Assembly: GCA_051294375.1 (NCBI GenBank)
Contig: CM119266.1
Location: 11,341,212-11,405,211, forward strand
Direction: 5' to 3'
Length of the DNA stretch: 64,000 bases
From: Paraspadella gotoi
Lineage: Eukaryota > Animalia > Chaetognatha
The notes beneath the pieces are model-generated. The model worked only from the letters and a program-made list of their open reading frames with translations. It was not told where the DNA came from and made no database searches. Below, in pieces: positions 1 through 13,120 of this stretch (the first letter of the stretch is position 1; every line of letters starts with the position of its first letter). The position numbers and the translations under genes are program-made.

Positions 1-495
1 CAATAAACTCGTTTCCCTCAAAGATTTTCAATTACTCCAGCTTCCTTCCGCTTATCCTCCTAGCCACGCCCACCCCCTTTCCCCCACTCCAGCCCCATCA
101 CCGACTGAGACAGAGAGGCTTTGTGAAGCGAAGTTAATTTTTAGGATTTTTAGTTCGTCGACATCAGATGGCGAAGCCGATTTCTTGTTTCTGCCTCGCC
201 GAATTTTTTGCCGCGTGGTATATTTGTTTTTGTTTTTTTGTTTTTGTTTTTGTTTTTTATTTTCAAATGCCTATAATGTTAAGCAGGAACAAAAAATATT
301 GGTATGAGAAAGAGAAATTAAAGAGAAAGAAAGGTGAGAAAGAAAATAAATAAAGGAAAAAAATGTTATCTCTGTCGTCGTTTTCTGTCGTAATCTTTCC
401 CTCTTTCGTCGTAATCGCCGTCGTCAGCGTCGTCGTCGTCGTCGTCCCTTGTCAAGGGTCGTAATAACGATCATCCCTGTCGCGTTCGTCATTAT

Positions 496-496
<1 letters not shown>

Positions 497-556
<60 letters not shown>
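497..556. repeat. (GTC)n microsatellite
   Basis: About 20 perfect GTC units; source of the poly-Thr ORF 452..730. Confidence 0.95.
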
Positions 557-557
<1 letters not shown>

Positions 558-829
558 TCCCGCTGCTTTTCCGATAAAAAATCGAAATCCGATTTTTTTC
601 CTTTTTTTATATTTTCTTCATTTTTATTTACAAAATCAACGACGACGATCTCGGTGACGCCTGTCACGACGTAGCGCCCGAACCCCCGCCCAATGACGTC
701 GACCGTCACGCGCGACGCGAATCTTTCCAACTAGTCGCGTTTGTCACTACTTGACTGTCACGGGTGTGTCACTCTCGATTCCGCCGTGAGCCTTTTTTTT
801 TCACGATCCACGTATAATAGAATTTAATC

Positions 830-926
830 GAATAATATAATGTAATATAATATAAAATAATATAATATAATATAATATAATATAATATAATATAATATAA
901 TATAATATAATATAATATGATATAAT
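830..926. repeat. (TATAA)n microsatellite
   Basis: Tandem TATAA/ATAAT pentamers. Confidence 0.95.
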
Positions 927-1278
927 AGAATTTCCAATACTCGATCTTCGTCGATAAATTCTCATCAACGTCACGAGGCCGAGGGTTGCCATGGTGTTGT
1001 ATAGGTCGAGATAACTCCGCCAGAATATCTAAAATATGAATGATTTACTTTTTATCCCACGATCAGGCTTAAAACGAATTTATAAGACTTGAAATGATTA
1101 AATGAATACAGTAATACAAAGGAATGTAATGTTAATATTGTTAATGTGAGGTTACTATCAACGCCGTACTGGCCAAGGCGCTCATAGCATTCAGAAATTC
1201 AATTCGTATTCCTAAAAATATATATAGGGCCCGTCACATGTCACCAATAAAAGAAAAGAACCGATAATATGGTAAAAA

Positions 1279-1331
<53 letters not shown>

Positions 1332-1649
1332 CCCAGTTACCTATAACCCCGTTTGTCCGTTAGAGTCACATCCTTTGGCTTCCCTTTTTCGCATCCAATG
1401 ACTTTCAGAAAATATTTTTTCCTCCTCTTCAAACTCAAGTGACTTAACACCACCGTGAATCAAGACCGACTGACCGCTCAGTGCTGTTTATTCCGGTTTT
1501 CTTCCCCTATACTTCTGACACCCCCGTCGATCTTACAACTTTCAGCACTCCCTTCACCCCCAAGCCAACTATCTCTCCCTCGCCAATCGACAGAAGGACC
1601 ATTTTTATTTCTTGGCAGAAACCAAAGCTTCTTTTCCTCGTCGCGACCT

Positions 1650-1800
1650 TTGACCTCGATCGTTCTCCTTTTGACCCCCTCCCTTCTCATTTTGACTCTC
1701 TCCGTTTTCCTTTTGCCTACGACTGTTCTCCTCTTGCCCACGCCCGTTCTCCTCTTGACCTCGGCCGTTCTCCTCTTTACCTTTACCGTTCTCATTTTGT
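1650..1800. repeat. ~21-bp degenerate minisatellite (CCGTTCTCCTYTTGACCT...)
   Basis: About 7 diverged copies; accounts for three overlapping periodic ORFs at 1455-1888. Confidence 0.75.
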
Positions 1801-4211
1801 CCTTTGCCCTTATTTCTTTTTTTCGTCCGAATGCCCTACCAATTTTCGCGGTGGGTGGGCGAGACGTTAGTAGGTTATGACCTCCCACATTATTTGATAA
1901 TTCAACCCCTCATCCCTTTTTCGGACGGGCTTATTGGCTACTTTAAGGTGACTCATCCTTGATCCACTGCAGATTCTTTCCCAGACAAAATTTGCCTTTA
2001 CTTCATTTCATATCTTCTCCCTTTTAACATTTTCACAGTTTGCTATATTTTCAACCGTTACTATCTTGAGTGCTCTTCCCAATTTATCCATCACTCCATC
2101 GATACTCCACAGGAGTAATCGTATTAATCGATGGAGCGTCTCTTCTTCTCTTTGCTGGAGCAAGATAAAACGGGGCGCCCCCCTCACATTCTGTTCACGT
2201 TTCCAAATCCAACTGTTTTTTTTTTCTATTTTCTTTTGAGATCCTCTTCCTATCTTTCCTATTTTTTACTCTTTTAATTTCCTTTTCATCTTTTTTTTTC
2301 ATTTATTTCGATTCTTTACCTTTGGGTTTTTGGTCTTGTTCGTCCCTCTCCCTTAATGAGTGAAGAGGTTTGTAAATTGAAAGCCTACATGCTTATAGTT
2401 AACACTTTAATTTGTCCATTACGCAATGTTTGTATTTTGAACCAAAAACTATTTTTTAAAATAAATTGTTTAAGTCTACATTGACAGCGTTCTTCATGGA
2501 ATAATTACAGACGCTAATGCGGCCTCGCTAATCGTTTTTACTATGGAGACCCGATATTCTGTGAAAAAAAAGGGGAAAAACTTTTTAATGGAGTTGAGTT
2601 CAAAAAGGCGAAATCATAGGAGAAACAAATGAATCTTTGTTCTTTTGTCTCTGAGAAAAAAAAACTGCAAGAAGAAAGAAACGGTCGTGGGCGCGAGAAG
2701 TGAAACAGTAAACAAACTTTCTCAAGCTCCAAATTGCTATTTCAACGGCCTATGGTTTATCCGCCCGCGAAACGTTTTCCATTAAGTAAAAGATAAGTGA
2801 GTTTTAACGATAAAGAAAGCGAACTACAAAGTAAGTAATGGCAATAAAGCCGAGGGCAAAGGAAGCAAAGACAAAGTGAGAAAAGAAAAAGACGACAACG
2901 AATCAAGCAAAGACAAAGTGAGAAAACAAAACGAAAGGAAAAGACGACAAAGCAAGCGAAGACAAAGTGAATAACGACAAAGTAAGTGTTGGAGTCGCGC
3001 CATCCGCAAATGTAAGACCCTCTCGAGAGCCACTTTCAATAATAGCGCCGCCGACGGAAAACTCCCTTTAGCCGGAAATGTAGGAATCGTTAAGTGGTTT
3101 TTTCCCAATCTCTCTCTCTTCTCTCTCTTTCTCTCTCTCTTCTCCTCTCTCATGCTCTCTCTTCTCTCTCCTCTCTCTCTCTCTCTCCGCTATTTCCCTT
3201 TCTGTCTCTCTCGTTTCACTTTTGAGAAGTTGAGTTGAGAAGTTTCCCCAAGGATTTTAAACCTTTTTAATTGGTGGACGCTTCCGCCCCTGCTCCACTT
3301 TCGATAGTTTTTTTTTATTTTCTTTCCTCCGCCTACCGGGACTTTGTTGCTAGGAGACGCGTCAAAAATGTTTTACAATACTGTTCGTTTTATTGAATTG
3401 TTTGTTTCCTAAAAAAGGAAAGCCCCATGCTATTGTTAAGTTACAGATTATTTTTAAATTTCTTTCTTCATTCGCTTTTGATTCGTCATTTTTCCCGTAG
3501 ATTTTAAATCACGCTTCTGTTCACGACTCTTTCCTCGCGTGAGGCTGCGAAGGAGAAGAAACAATCACCGCGCGAAAGTCGCCTCGCCCCCGGACTGAGT
3601 AAACGACTGTGAAGAGGAGAACTGTGAAAGGCCGACTGCTTCGTCAGCTTCATTATCCACACGGGGCGGAGCGACCTTAACCGTCGGAAGGACTTCTTTT
3701 CCAGTTGTAACAAATGAGAAGAAGAGATCGCGTTACTGCTTGGGGATGAAAAGAGGAATAAAACAATTAGAACTTAACCGTTTTAAATATGTATAATAAT
3801 TATAAGAAAAAAATAAAAGAAATGTCGAAAGAAGGAAGTGAAAAAAAAGTACGTAAAGAAAACATTTTTGCGGCCCTTTTAACTTTGATTTTACACATAA
3901 AATCGATTGACTTTGATAGAAGAAAAACTATTTTCCCAAATTCTCATCTCCTCTCTCTCTCTAATATCGTTCGTCTCTCGCTACTCTCTCTCCTCTTCTT
4001 CCATACTCTTCCGTCTCCTCGCTCTCTCGTCGTCTCTCGTCTCTGTCTACTCTCCTCTCTCGTGTCTCTCTCTGCCTCTCTTCATTTTTCCTCTTCTTTT
4101 CGCGTCTCGTCATTTCTCTTTCTTTAATGGAAACCCGCGATTCTTGTCTCAGAATAACCAGATATTGCATTTTGCACACAGAAATCGGATGAGTCATTAC
4201 AGAGAGAGAAG

Positions 4212-4261
<50 letters not shown>

Positions 4262-4800
4262 GCTCTCTCCTCTCAAGAGTCTCCGAGAAAAAAATGGTCC
4301 TCACTTTTTTTTCGGGGGGATGGAAAGGATCGTTAACGTAAAGAAAAAAGGTCCCCCATTTGATGGGCTTGACTTTCGGAGAGGCTGGAGAGTGAAGGGT
4401 GCGGGACAGACGAAAGAAAGGTCACTTTGGGTTGCGCTAAAAAGTAGGTCACCTTTCTTCAATTTATTTTTCTCCAGGCTGATACACTCGCCAAGATTCT
4501 TCGACCCAGGAGATCAACCCAGTAAAAATGATTATGGTTTAAATTCGAAAACTCGTCAGTCATTAATTTAAGTAAGGCGACTCAGTAATAGGCCAACACC
4601 AGCTTATTCTAATTCTGGACCGCTTAGCATTGACTGCTCACGACTTGAATTTACAATATAAACAAACACGAGTAATTTTCCTTCGTATAATCATCGCTTA
4701 GTCTCTTAGCGGGACTTTAGCGCTGCACCGGGACAATTTTTTTCCTTCTTTTCCTTTTTTCTTATTTTTATCTTTTTTTTTTTTTTTGGCGCGACGAAAA

Positions 4801-5501
4801 ATGAAGATTCTCTTGCTGGTTATGTCGGCCATCGTCTTGGCGGATGCGAAATGGTCGATGCCACACCATGTTAGTTCGACTGGACAAGTAAAATTTAATT
4901 TAAATCCGGCTCACCGACTTTTGTTTGATTTTTGTCTCGAATCAGGTCGATCATAAGGTCTTCCGAAACAGATATCCCCCCGCGGAAGCCTTATTTGCCG
5001 ACTATATGGACAGAGCTGCCGACGAAGCCAGAGCAGCTGACGACTTTGCCGACGAAGCCAGAGCAGCTGCCGACATCGCTGTCAAAGCCAGAGGTGCCGG
5101 TTGGACCCGGTTTTGCTATTTCAGAGGACAACTTTGTGGCCATACCACTACACCCTGTTGCGCGGGATCCAAATGCGTCAGACCCTTGGGAGGTCGTTGG
5201 GCTGAATGTGTACCGATGAGCGACACCTGTCCATTGAAACAACAAGCCGAAGGATTAGTCAAAGGGGAAAACGTAGCCAGAGTAGTTCACGATTTTGACA
5301 AGGGAGCCAGAGCAGCTGCCAACACCGCTTTGAACCGGCGTTGCTGGTTGAAAGGACAAGTTTGTGCCTTTTCCCCTAAACCCTGTTGCTCGGGATAACA
5401 AATGCGTCAAACATCCCTTTTATCGTTGGCCGAATGTTGTATTCGATGTTCAATTGTCGAAAAAAGAAATGGGAAATAAGAAATGGGAACACAGATGCTG
5501 A
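4801..5501 (+). CDS. Secreted two-domain ICK (knottin) peptide precursor. Exon 1 4801-4869 (or -4887), exon 2 from 4946; second domain interrupted by indel(s) near 5396
   Basis: ATG 4801 gives signal-peptide-like MKILLLVMSAIVLADA. Phase-0 donor GTTAGT (4870) or GTAAAA (4888), branch-like CTCAC, acceptor TCAG|4946, in frame with ORF 4925..5398. Acidic propeptide with a 30-bp-period DEAR repeat. Domain 1 CYFRGQLCGHTTTPCCAGSKCVRPLGGRWAEC (C-X6-C-X6-CC-X4-C-X10-C). Domain 2 CWLKGQVCAFSPKPCCSG, then out-of-frame KCVKHPFYRW..EC with the same spacing. Confidence 0.85.
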
Positions 5502-6066
5502 TGGGGGAAAAATGGGATAAAATATTTTCGAATCCTATTTTTATTTCGCAATATTTTAGCAGTAGATCTGTCGTACAGACATTTACTAATTTAGGCATTT
5601 AGGAATTAAAAAAAAAAATACATGCATTTTATACGAAAAAAAAAGCCCTAAAATCTTCATCTAAAATTGCCCTAATCTTCCACAGCTAAATTAATTTCAA
5701 AAAATATGAGAAAAACTAAATAAAAAATGACAGATTTTTTTGATTGGCGGATTTCAAATTTGTCATCTGTCTTACCTTGTACCGTAATGATTGAACCATT
5801 GGAATTGCAAACTCTATTGATATATGATCATTTTTTCAAAGAATACAATATTTTAATCCAACCGCTACTCTTACTTGAATTTTTTTTTTCATAAATTTAT
5901 TTTTACAGTATTTTTAGGGTATTAATTTATTATTTTTCCTCATCCTTTACCAAAGCATTAAATTTAAAAAAAAAAAACCAAAATATTCAGTGTTCAACAG
6001 TTTAAACTATTTAATTAAATCAAATTAAATATTTAATTAAACTAATGAAGAGAACCGTATTATTGT

Positions 6067-6330
6067 TTATGTGTTAGTGACAGAACCGTTTAATATAAGC
6101 AGATCACTGGACAAATACAGGCTGTAAACACCAAATGTTACAGTCTGGGTTAAGCGCCCGGTCCCTCTTAACTCCAGAACTACCGGGCTGGAACCGTACT
6201 GGACCTTTTGAGGTTGGGAGGCGAATGACTTGCCTCCGGCACCAATGGTCCGCTGATGAACGGTTTGTGGATTTAGTCCACCATACCACAAATTAAAGGT
6301 TACATTTTTCTGGTCCACTGCCAGTTGGCC
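6067..6330 (-). CDS. Candidate exon of an unidentified gene
   Basis: Stop-free, complex, non-repetitive frame (VDQKNVTFNLWYGG...VVLELRGTGRLTQTVTFGVYS) within AT-rich flanks. No family confidently recognised. Confidence 0.3.
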   Translation of the reverse strand, partial: GQLAVDQKNVTFNLWYGGLNPQTVHQRTIGAGGKSFASQPQKVQYGSSPVVLELRGTGRLTQTVTFGVYSLYLSSDLLILNGSVTNT

Positions 6331-6668
6331 AAATATGCCGATTTAGGGAGGAACGAAAAGAATAAAAATTACGAAGTGTGTGAAAATCTGTGGGGGTTGC
6401 GTGTGTTGGTGATGGCGAGTGTTGACGCATGAATAACTACCCTCTCGGAAATTAGCTGAATTGAGATTGAAGGTCAATTCGCAATGAATTGAGTTGAATA
6501 TGGCGCCATTTTTAAAATGGGATCATTTTTTCTTGTCATTATTTTCTCTGGGTGAAAAAAGAAAACTGAGTTTTCGATTCGTCGAACCATTTCCTGCTCC
6601 TTCCCTCGAAAGCAATCCCAATCTTGGAAAAAAAGTCTTTCGGCAAATAATGCCTAGATCTTCTCTCT

Positions 6669-6733
<65 letters not shown>

Positions 6734-7763
6734 CTTCTCTCTTCGTCTTCCTCTCCTCTCTCTCTCCTAACCGACCTTAATGTTCCTCACGCGCCGAGAA
6801 TTTCACGTGAAGGCGAAGGGCGAAAATAAACGGGAGTTTAAGTCGGTGAGATGAAGTGAAGGTCGGATCGAAAGTTGTGAACGTGATCGTCGGTGCGAGA
6901 GCAAGGACGTGAATGTAGATGTTAATGCAATCATTGCTAGCTTTAAAAAGGAATGCAAGTGAAAACTTAATACAACGTACAATAAATGCAAAAAAATTAA
7001 AAAATCAAATACTATTCCTTATTCTCACCTTTAAATACATCTAAATATTAACAAGAAAGTTATTTGTCAAATATTATTACATATTAAAAAGGTTAAATTA
7101 AATTTAAACGTGAAATTATCTGAGTGTTTTCGTACGAACGATGCAGAATCGCGGATGCGATGAAATCGTGAATTCCAAAAGTGATCCAAACTCACGAAGC
7201 AATCAAACGTTGAACGTGAATGCGATCAACGACGCGAGCGCCAATGCGATCACGTTCTGGCGCCAACGTTGAACTCCCGTCAAGGGAATGACGCGGAAAA
7301 AGGAGCCGAATCGTTTTCGTGAGGCCGAGGCATTGGATGCTGACGATGATGACGATGATGACGATGATGAAGACGACGATGACTGTTTTACATTACTTTT
7401 ATGATGACATAGCTTAATAATTGTTAATACCATTAAGAACTGCTTCGATAATGTTGCAACAAAAATTAAAACGATGAAGTCAAAGCAACCTCGGTAGGAA
7501 TATTTTTTAAATTCTATTTTATTTATTTCATCGAATCGGAATACAAACGGCCTGATGCCGCATGAGTCGGCGCTGATACAGAAGAAGAAGACGACGACGA
7601 TGATAATCTAAAGGTGATAAGGAAGACGACTCCTACGTATGCTTAAATGCATAATACTTATGCGGAATAATAAAGAATTATCTATTATCTTATATTTTCG
7701 ATACGGGTTCGTAAGAAACGCAGCGGCTGCCATCACCTTATCAAAAAGCGTTTCTTAAAAAAA

Positions 7764-7833
7764 GCGCCACCTGGCGTAACCATATAAAATTGAAAGTCAC
7801 CATCTCAATTTAATCCTCGTCGTACCGGAAGTG
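7764..7833. promoter_or_regulatory. Putative promoter: CTCF-like and ETS motifs
   Basis: GCGCCACCTGGCGT (reverse ACGCCAGGTGGCGC, CTCF-core-like) at 7764-7777 and ACCGGAAGTG (ETS consensus) at 7824-7833, at the edge of a CpG-rich block. Confidence 0.35.
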
Positions 7834-9317
7834 GCGTCGTTTGTATCGCGACGTGACGCGTGTTCCGACGTCTTTGGCAGATCGAACAGGCGACATTGAC
7901 GCCGACCGCGTGACGTCAACTCGTCAACTCGCGGCGAGCCTGACACTGAGAGGCGTCAGTTTTTGTGGAAAGAAAACGATCAGGCGCAACGCCGTGAGAC
8001 CAGCCTTGCGAACCGTCCAGGGATCGAGAGAGCGGTTGTATTAAGTGACACCGCTTAAAGAATGGAAACGAAAACAATTTTTATTATGATCAAGTATCAT
8101 CGAAGAGGATTACAAAAGTCTAAACTCAAAAAATTCCGCTAAGGCTTAAAAAAAAAAAAAGAACTTTGAGCGAAAAAAAAGAGCATCGGGGAAAAGATAA
8201 GAGAGGAAAGATTAATGAAAGTCTCGTCATTGCGCTTTCCCCATTATCAGTCTGGGTTGTCAGCGGAGGCGTCGCCTCATCACCCAGAGTTGCCAATAAC
8301 CGACCATCTGCTCCTTCAGGAAAAAGACTAGGAATAATACGATGTGGCGGAGGGTATGTATGTATGTTATGTATAATTATATCGTAGGTAAATATTAAAA
8401 AAAGAATGAAAAATATAATCATGATTTTTAAAATTTAAAAATAAATATGGAAACTGTAGAAAAAAAAGAAAAAAATAAAGCTGAGCTGCATTACCAGCCT
8501 AAATTTAATAAAATAATGAACCTCTAAAATAAAATAGACAAACATTCATCAAGTCAAGAGATTGGAACCAAACAATCGATCGATTTATTGATACACACGA
8601 GATTGTAGGGTCAGAAAAGCTGTTTATAATTATCTTGCCCCGAGTCTTAATTTTTTCCTTTTGTTCTCCTCTCTATTTTCGTTTCAGAAGGTTCGTTTTT
8701 TCCTTCCATTACTTTGTTTTTTTTAACTTTCGCGCTCCCTAATTCACATTCCTTTTTTTGCCAGGTTTGCCTTCTTTCCAAGAAAAACCCATTTATTGCT
8801 CTTTAAATTAACTCCCGGTTAAAGAGACGAGGAAAAAAGATAGTAAATCTTTCGGCGAAATTGCTCCATCTACTTATACGCTGTACAAGTGTACATACCT
8901 AAGGTAGCAGCCTTCTGCTGCAGCTACATTAAACTAAACAGCATTGGAATTTTGTTTTTCAGAATTAATTTGCTAACTCCAACCACCCGTCTCCGATTCA
9001 ACTCTCTTTTCCTCTCTTAATAAATTCTGCGACTATGCAACTATGTCAAAACTTTCCTCGCTGATGTGGAAATTTCAAACCAGCGAAAGAAAAAAACGGG
9101 GGAAACCAAAAAAAAAAAAAAAAGAACTGAGATAGGACCGCAGAACAAACACTATTTTAAACAAGGGGGAAAAAATTAGTCCTCTTTTATTTCTTCCCTT
9201 CGGGCGCTCTCAGCTGCTGAAATTCTTTCTCCCTCCCATTTTGATTACTTTCCCCTGAAAGCAAACTCTGTGTTCAAATTAAGGTTTAATTCGTTTAATT
9301 CGAGAGAGAAGATAAGA

Positions 9318-9379
<62 letters not shown>

Positions 9380-9726
9380 AAAATAATTTTCTGCCTTACT
9401 TCTCCCCCGGCGTTGCGCCTCGAAAAAGGGGAAGGAAGAAAAAAAAGGAAGATAAGAACAAAATAATAAACTATTTGTTGGTTTTCGTACATCACCCTTT
9501 TTCATTAACTTTCCAGGACCAATCAAAGTTGAGATATAATACCTCGTTAACGAAAAAAGGTCATTAGCGAAAGTAAGGAAAGAAAATACGACGAAAGGGA
9601 ACATTAAGAGCCGAACGCGAGCGGAGACTTTCTCTTGGGAAAACAGAAAAGAATGTGGAAATTGCCGAGGATGACGGAAAGCGAAATAAAAGGAGATGGA
9701 ATCGCAATAAAGACTAATGGAAAAGC

Positions 9727-9843
<117 letters not shown>

Positions 9844-10163
9844 CAAAGGAGATTCCCTGATAAAACAAAATCTTTTGTCGTACGGTAGATTGGACGGCAA
9901 TTTTTTATCTCCAAACTTTCGATTATCGAAGAAAAACAACTCAGAAAAGACAACAAAAACCAAACAAACAAGATGAAAAATAAGAAACACCGACTGTCAG
10001 AAAATTTAAGTATAAACTAAAATGATCGAAACAAAACTTTCACGACGCCATCTTGGTTTTCGAATTCGAAAACGATAGCCGTAAAAGAGCAGGAAAAATG
10101 TTTTGCAAATGAAAACAGCTCTCTCCCTCTCTCTCTCTCCCGCTCGCACGCTGCGGTTTTTAC

Positions 10164-10177
10164 GTCTCCATGGCAAC
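10164..10177. promoter_or_regulatory. RFX X-box motif
   Basis: GTCTCCATGGCAAC matches the X-box consensus GTNNCCATGGNAAC. Confidence 0.45.
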
Positions 10178-10322
10178 CCCCTCTTGTCCTTTTATTACCG
10201 CCCTCCCTTTTCCGCCTGCTTTTTGGGGACCCCCATTGTGGTCCTGACTTTTAAAAGTGATTTCATATTTTATTCATGAAAACCTGGCCTTCTCCTGTGC
10301 CGCTGCCGCCGAAAAGAGCGGC

Positions 10323-10415
<93 letters not shown>

Positions 10416-10937
10416 GGTTCCCTCTCCTTCAGTGTAAACTCGTCTCACTAAACCCCGAATGTGAGGAAACAATGAGACTAAAAACTGCAAGTCAAAGCTC
10501 GTTCTTCTTTTTCTTTTCTTTTCTTCTCGCTTTTATCTTTCTTTTTAATTTTCTCTCCGCGATAACAATTTATTTGAACAGTTTTTTCTGTTAATTATCG
10601 TACTTCTAGCTTCTTCTCTCTTTCTGTTACTATTTGTAATCTTTATAATGCCCTAGTGACTATTATCTACAATTTCGTCAAATCTATGTAAAAATAAAAG
10701 AAATCGTTGTAAATAATAAAAGAAATCATTTGTTTGAATCGAATCTTGTCTCCATGTTTACGGGGAGATCCGACAGATGTCCTTCCTCGGCGCGCGGAAA
10801 TTCAAATGCGATCCCAAGGGCGAAGGAGGACGTCTTTTGTTTTTTCTCCGCCTCTTTTTATCTCCTTCGCCTTCGTAACAACAGCTCCGACATCTTGTAT
10901 GTTCTCGGGACGGTTCGAGAGAGAGAAGAGAGAGAGA

Positions 10938-11005
<68 letters not shown>

Positions 11006-12455
11006 GAAAGAGAGAGAGAGACATTACAAGCTGCTTGCCGGATCCTGCTTTCCCCGCCCGGAAGACACGACGTAAATTTCACGCGGGCGCAATAAAGAAG
11101 AATGAAAGAGGAGGAGGAGGAAGAGGAAGAGGAGTAGTAGGGTTAGTACACGCCAGTTCTGAAGTAACCTCAGATGCACCAAGAGGTTATTAATGTAAAT
11201 TAATGCCAACATATACGTAAGTATATGTAATTGAGTTAAAACCATCTTTCTTTTTTTAGAATCCGAAAATTACTATATAATGAATTAACGATTACCTAAA
11301 TTTCCTCGTCCAAGTCAGTCCACACCCTATCCCGCCCCGGGCTCTCGCCTTTACTCGGCTCGCCCGACTGGGCACGCCCGACAGCCTTTTTTTTTCGGGG
11401 GACGGGAAAAAAGCTCTGGGGCTCATTTGCAAGTGAAATGCCCGCGGGGGTGGCCGAGGCGGTGGCGGGGGTGTGGAGACGAGCGAAAGAGAGGGGCGGA
11501 GGGACCAGTAAGCCACGAGCATGATGTTTTGTTTTGTTTTGAAGGCTCGCTGGGGGAAAGAAGGAGGGGGAAAGGGTAGGAGAAGCGAGGAGGAGGAGGT
11601 GGGTAAAGAAAAAGGGTAAGGGAGAGTCGGGTAAGGAAGAAAAGGAAAGACGACTTCCGTTTGTTTCGACGAAAAGCGGAAGAAAACCACATTCGTCTCT
11701 TTTCGCCTTTTTAAGAGACCAAACTAGAATTCCTTCAATCACAAGCCTACGCCGTCGCAGCTGATGCCGACGCCGCCGCCGTCGCTCCGACGCCTCCCCC
11801 CCCTACCCGCCGACACTTTAAATCCTCTCCTTACCGCCTTATTCCTTACCTCTTCCAACTTATTTTCTATTCTGTAATCAAATTCCATTCTCCTCTTTTA
11901 CCTCCTCCTTCTTCTCCTTTTCCTTCTCCTTCTCCTCTACTTCCTTTTCCCACCGCAAATTTCCTCTTTTCCTCCCCCCTCTCTCCTCTCTCCTCTCTCC
12001 TCTCTTCCTCCCCCTTCTCTCCTCGCCCCGGAACAGCCGTTCTCACTGTTTTGACTTCGGGAATTTTTTTCCCTTTTCTAAATTCTCTCTCTACCTATTT
12101 ATTTTTTTTTTTTTCAAACGGGTTTTTTTTTTCCTTCACTGCGGGATGAACTTATTTATCTTTCTCTGTCTGCTCGTCTCTGTCTGTCTCTAAGGCTATC
12201 TGTTTGTCCGTCTGTTTTTCTGTCAGACTTATTTTTCCTACTCGGCCAATTAACAAAAAGAAAATTTTTAAAAAATGGGAAAAAAACAGCGCGCGTCAGA
12301 ATTGAAAAGTATTTTTTCTTAGTCTTATAAAAAAAAAACAACAGGAAAACAAAAACCAAAACATAAAAAAAGTTTTCATCAATCGACTCTCAATCCTAAT
12401 TCTTTTCCTCCTCCCACTCCCCCCTCCCTTCCACCGTCTTTATCTCTTTCCTCAG

Positions 12456-12596
12456 ATCTTCCACGCTGATTGCAGCGCCGCCACCATCCGCGCCATCTAC
12501 CAGTTCCTCCTCTTCGACCGACGACGAGACGACATCAGGGGATTTCGGTTTTCCGCGTCGGCGAAGGCGACGAGGCTGCGGAGGCCGCAGCCGCAG
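12456..12596 (+). CDS. Candidate 141-nt internal exon, product unknown
   Basis: Polypyrimidine tract + CAG acceptor, CAG|GTGAGT donor, GC-rich body, length divisible by 3, two open frames (IFHADCSAATIRAIYQF... or SSTLIAAPPPSAPSTSSSSSTDDETTSG...). Confidence 0.45.
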
Positions 12597-13040
12597 GTGA
12601 GTTTAGGTTTGGGGCGGAGAGGTAAGGGTGAGGTTGGTGGGTGGGTGGAAGAGAGGTGGGCAGAGAGAGACAGAGAGGAAGGAAGAAAGAGAGAGAGGAA
12701 GGGAAAAAGAGTAAGAGAGAGAGAGACAGAGAGATAGAAAAAGAAGAAATAGAAAAAAAAAACAAGAGAAAAAAAGGAAAGAAAGAAAATAAAAAAAAAA
12801 AGAGAAGCAGAGAGAAATACCCTAAGATAATCTCGGATAGTTAAACGTCGACACTCTGCCAATCGAAAAATATAAATTATTATCCGGCCACTTGTCCTTA
12901 AATTCCTTATTAGTCATCGTCGTCGGTTGTTTTTTCTTCAAAATTCTCTCTCTCTCTCTCTCTCTCTCTCGGTCTCTCTCTCTCTCTTTTCTCTCTCTCT
13001 TTCTCTAATCTCTTTCTCTCTCTCTCTCTCTTCTTTTCTT

Positions 13041-13079
<39 letters not shown>

Positions 13080-13080
13080 A

Positions 13081-13120
<40 letters not shown>

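Noticed and set aside
1455-1888. Three overlapping ORFs of 129-141 aa
   Set aside because: Explained by a stop-poor 21-bp minisatellite.
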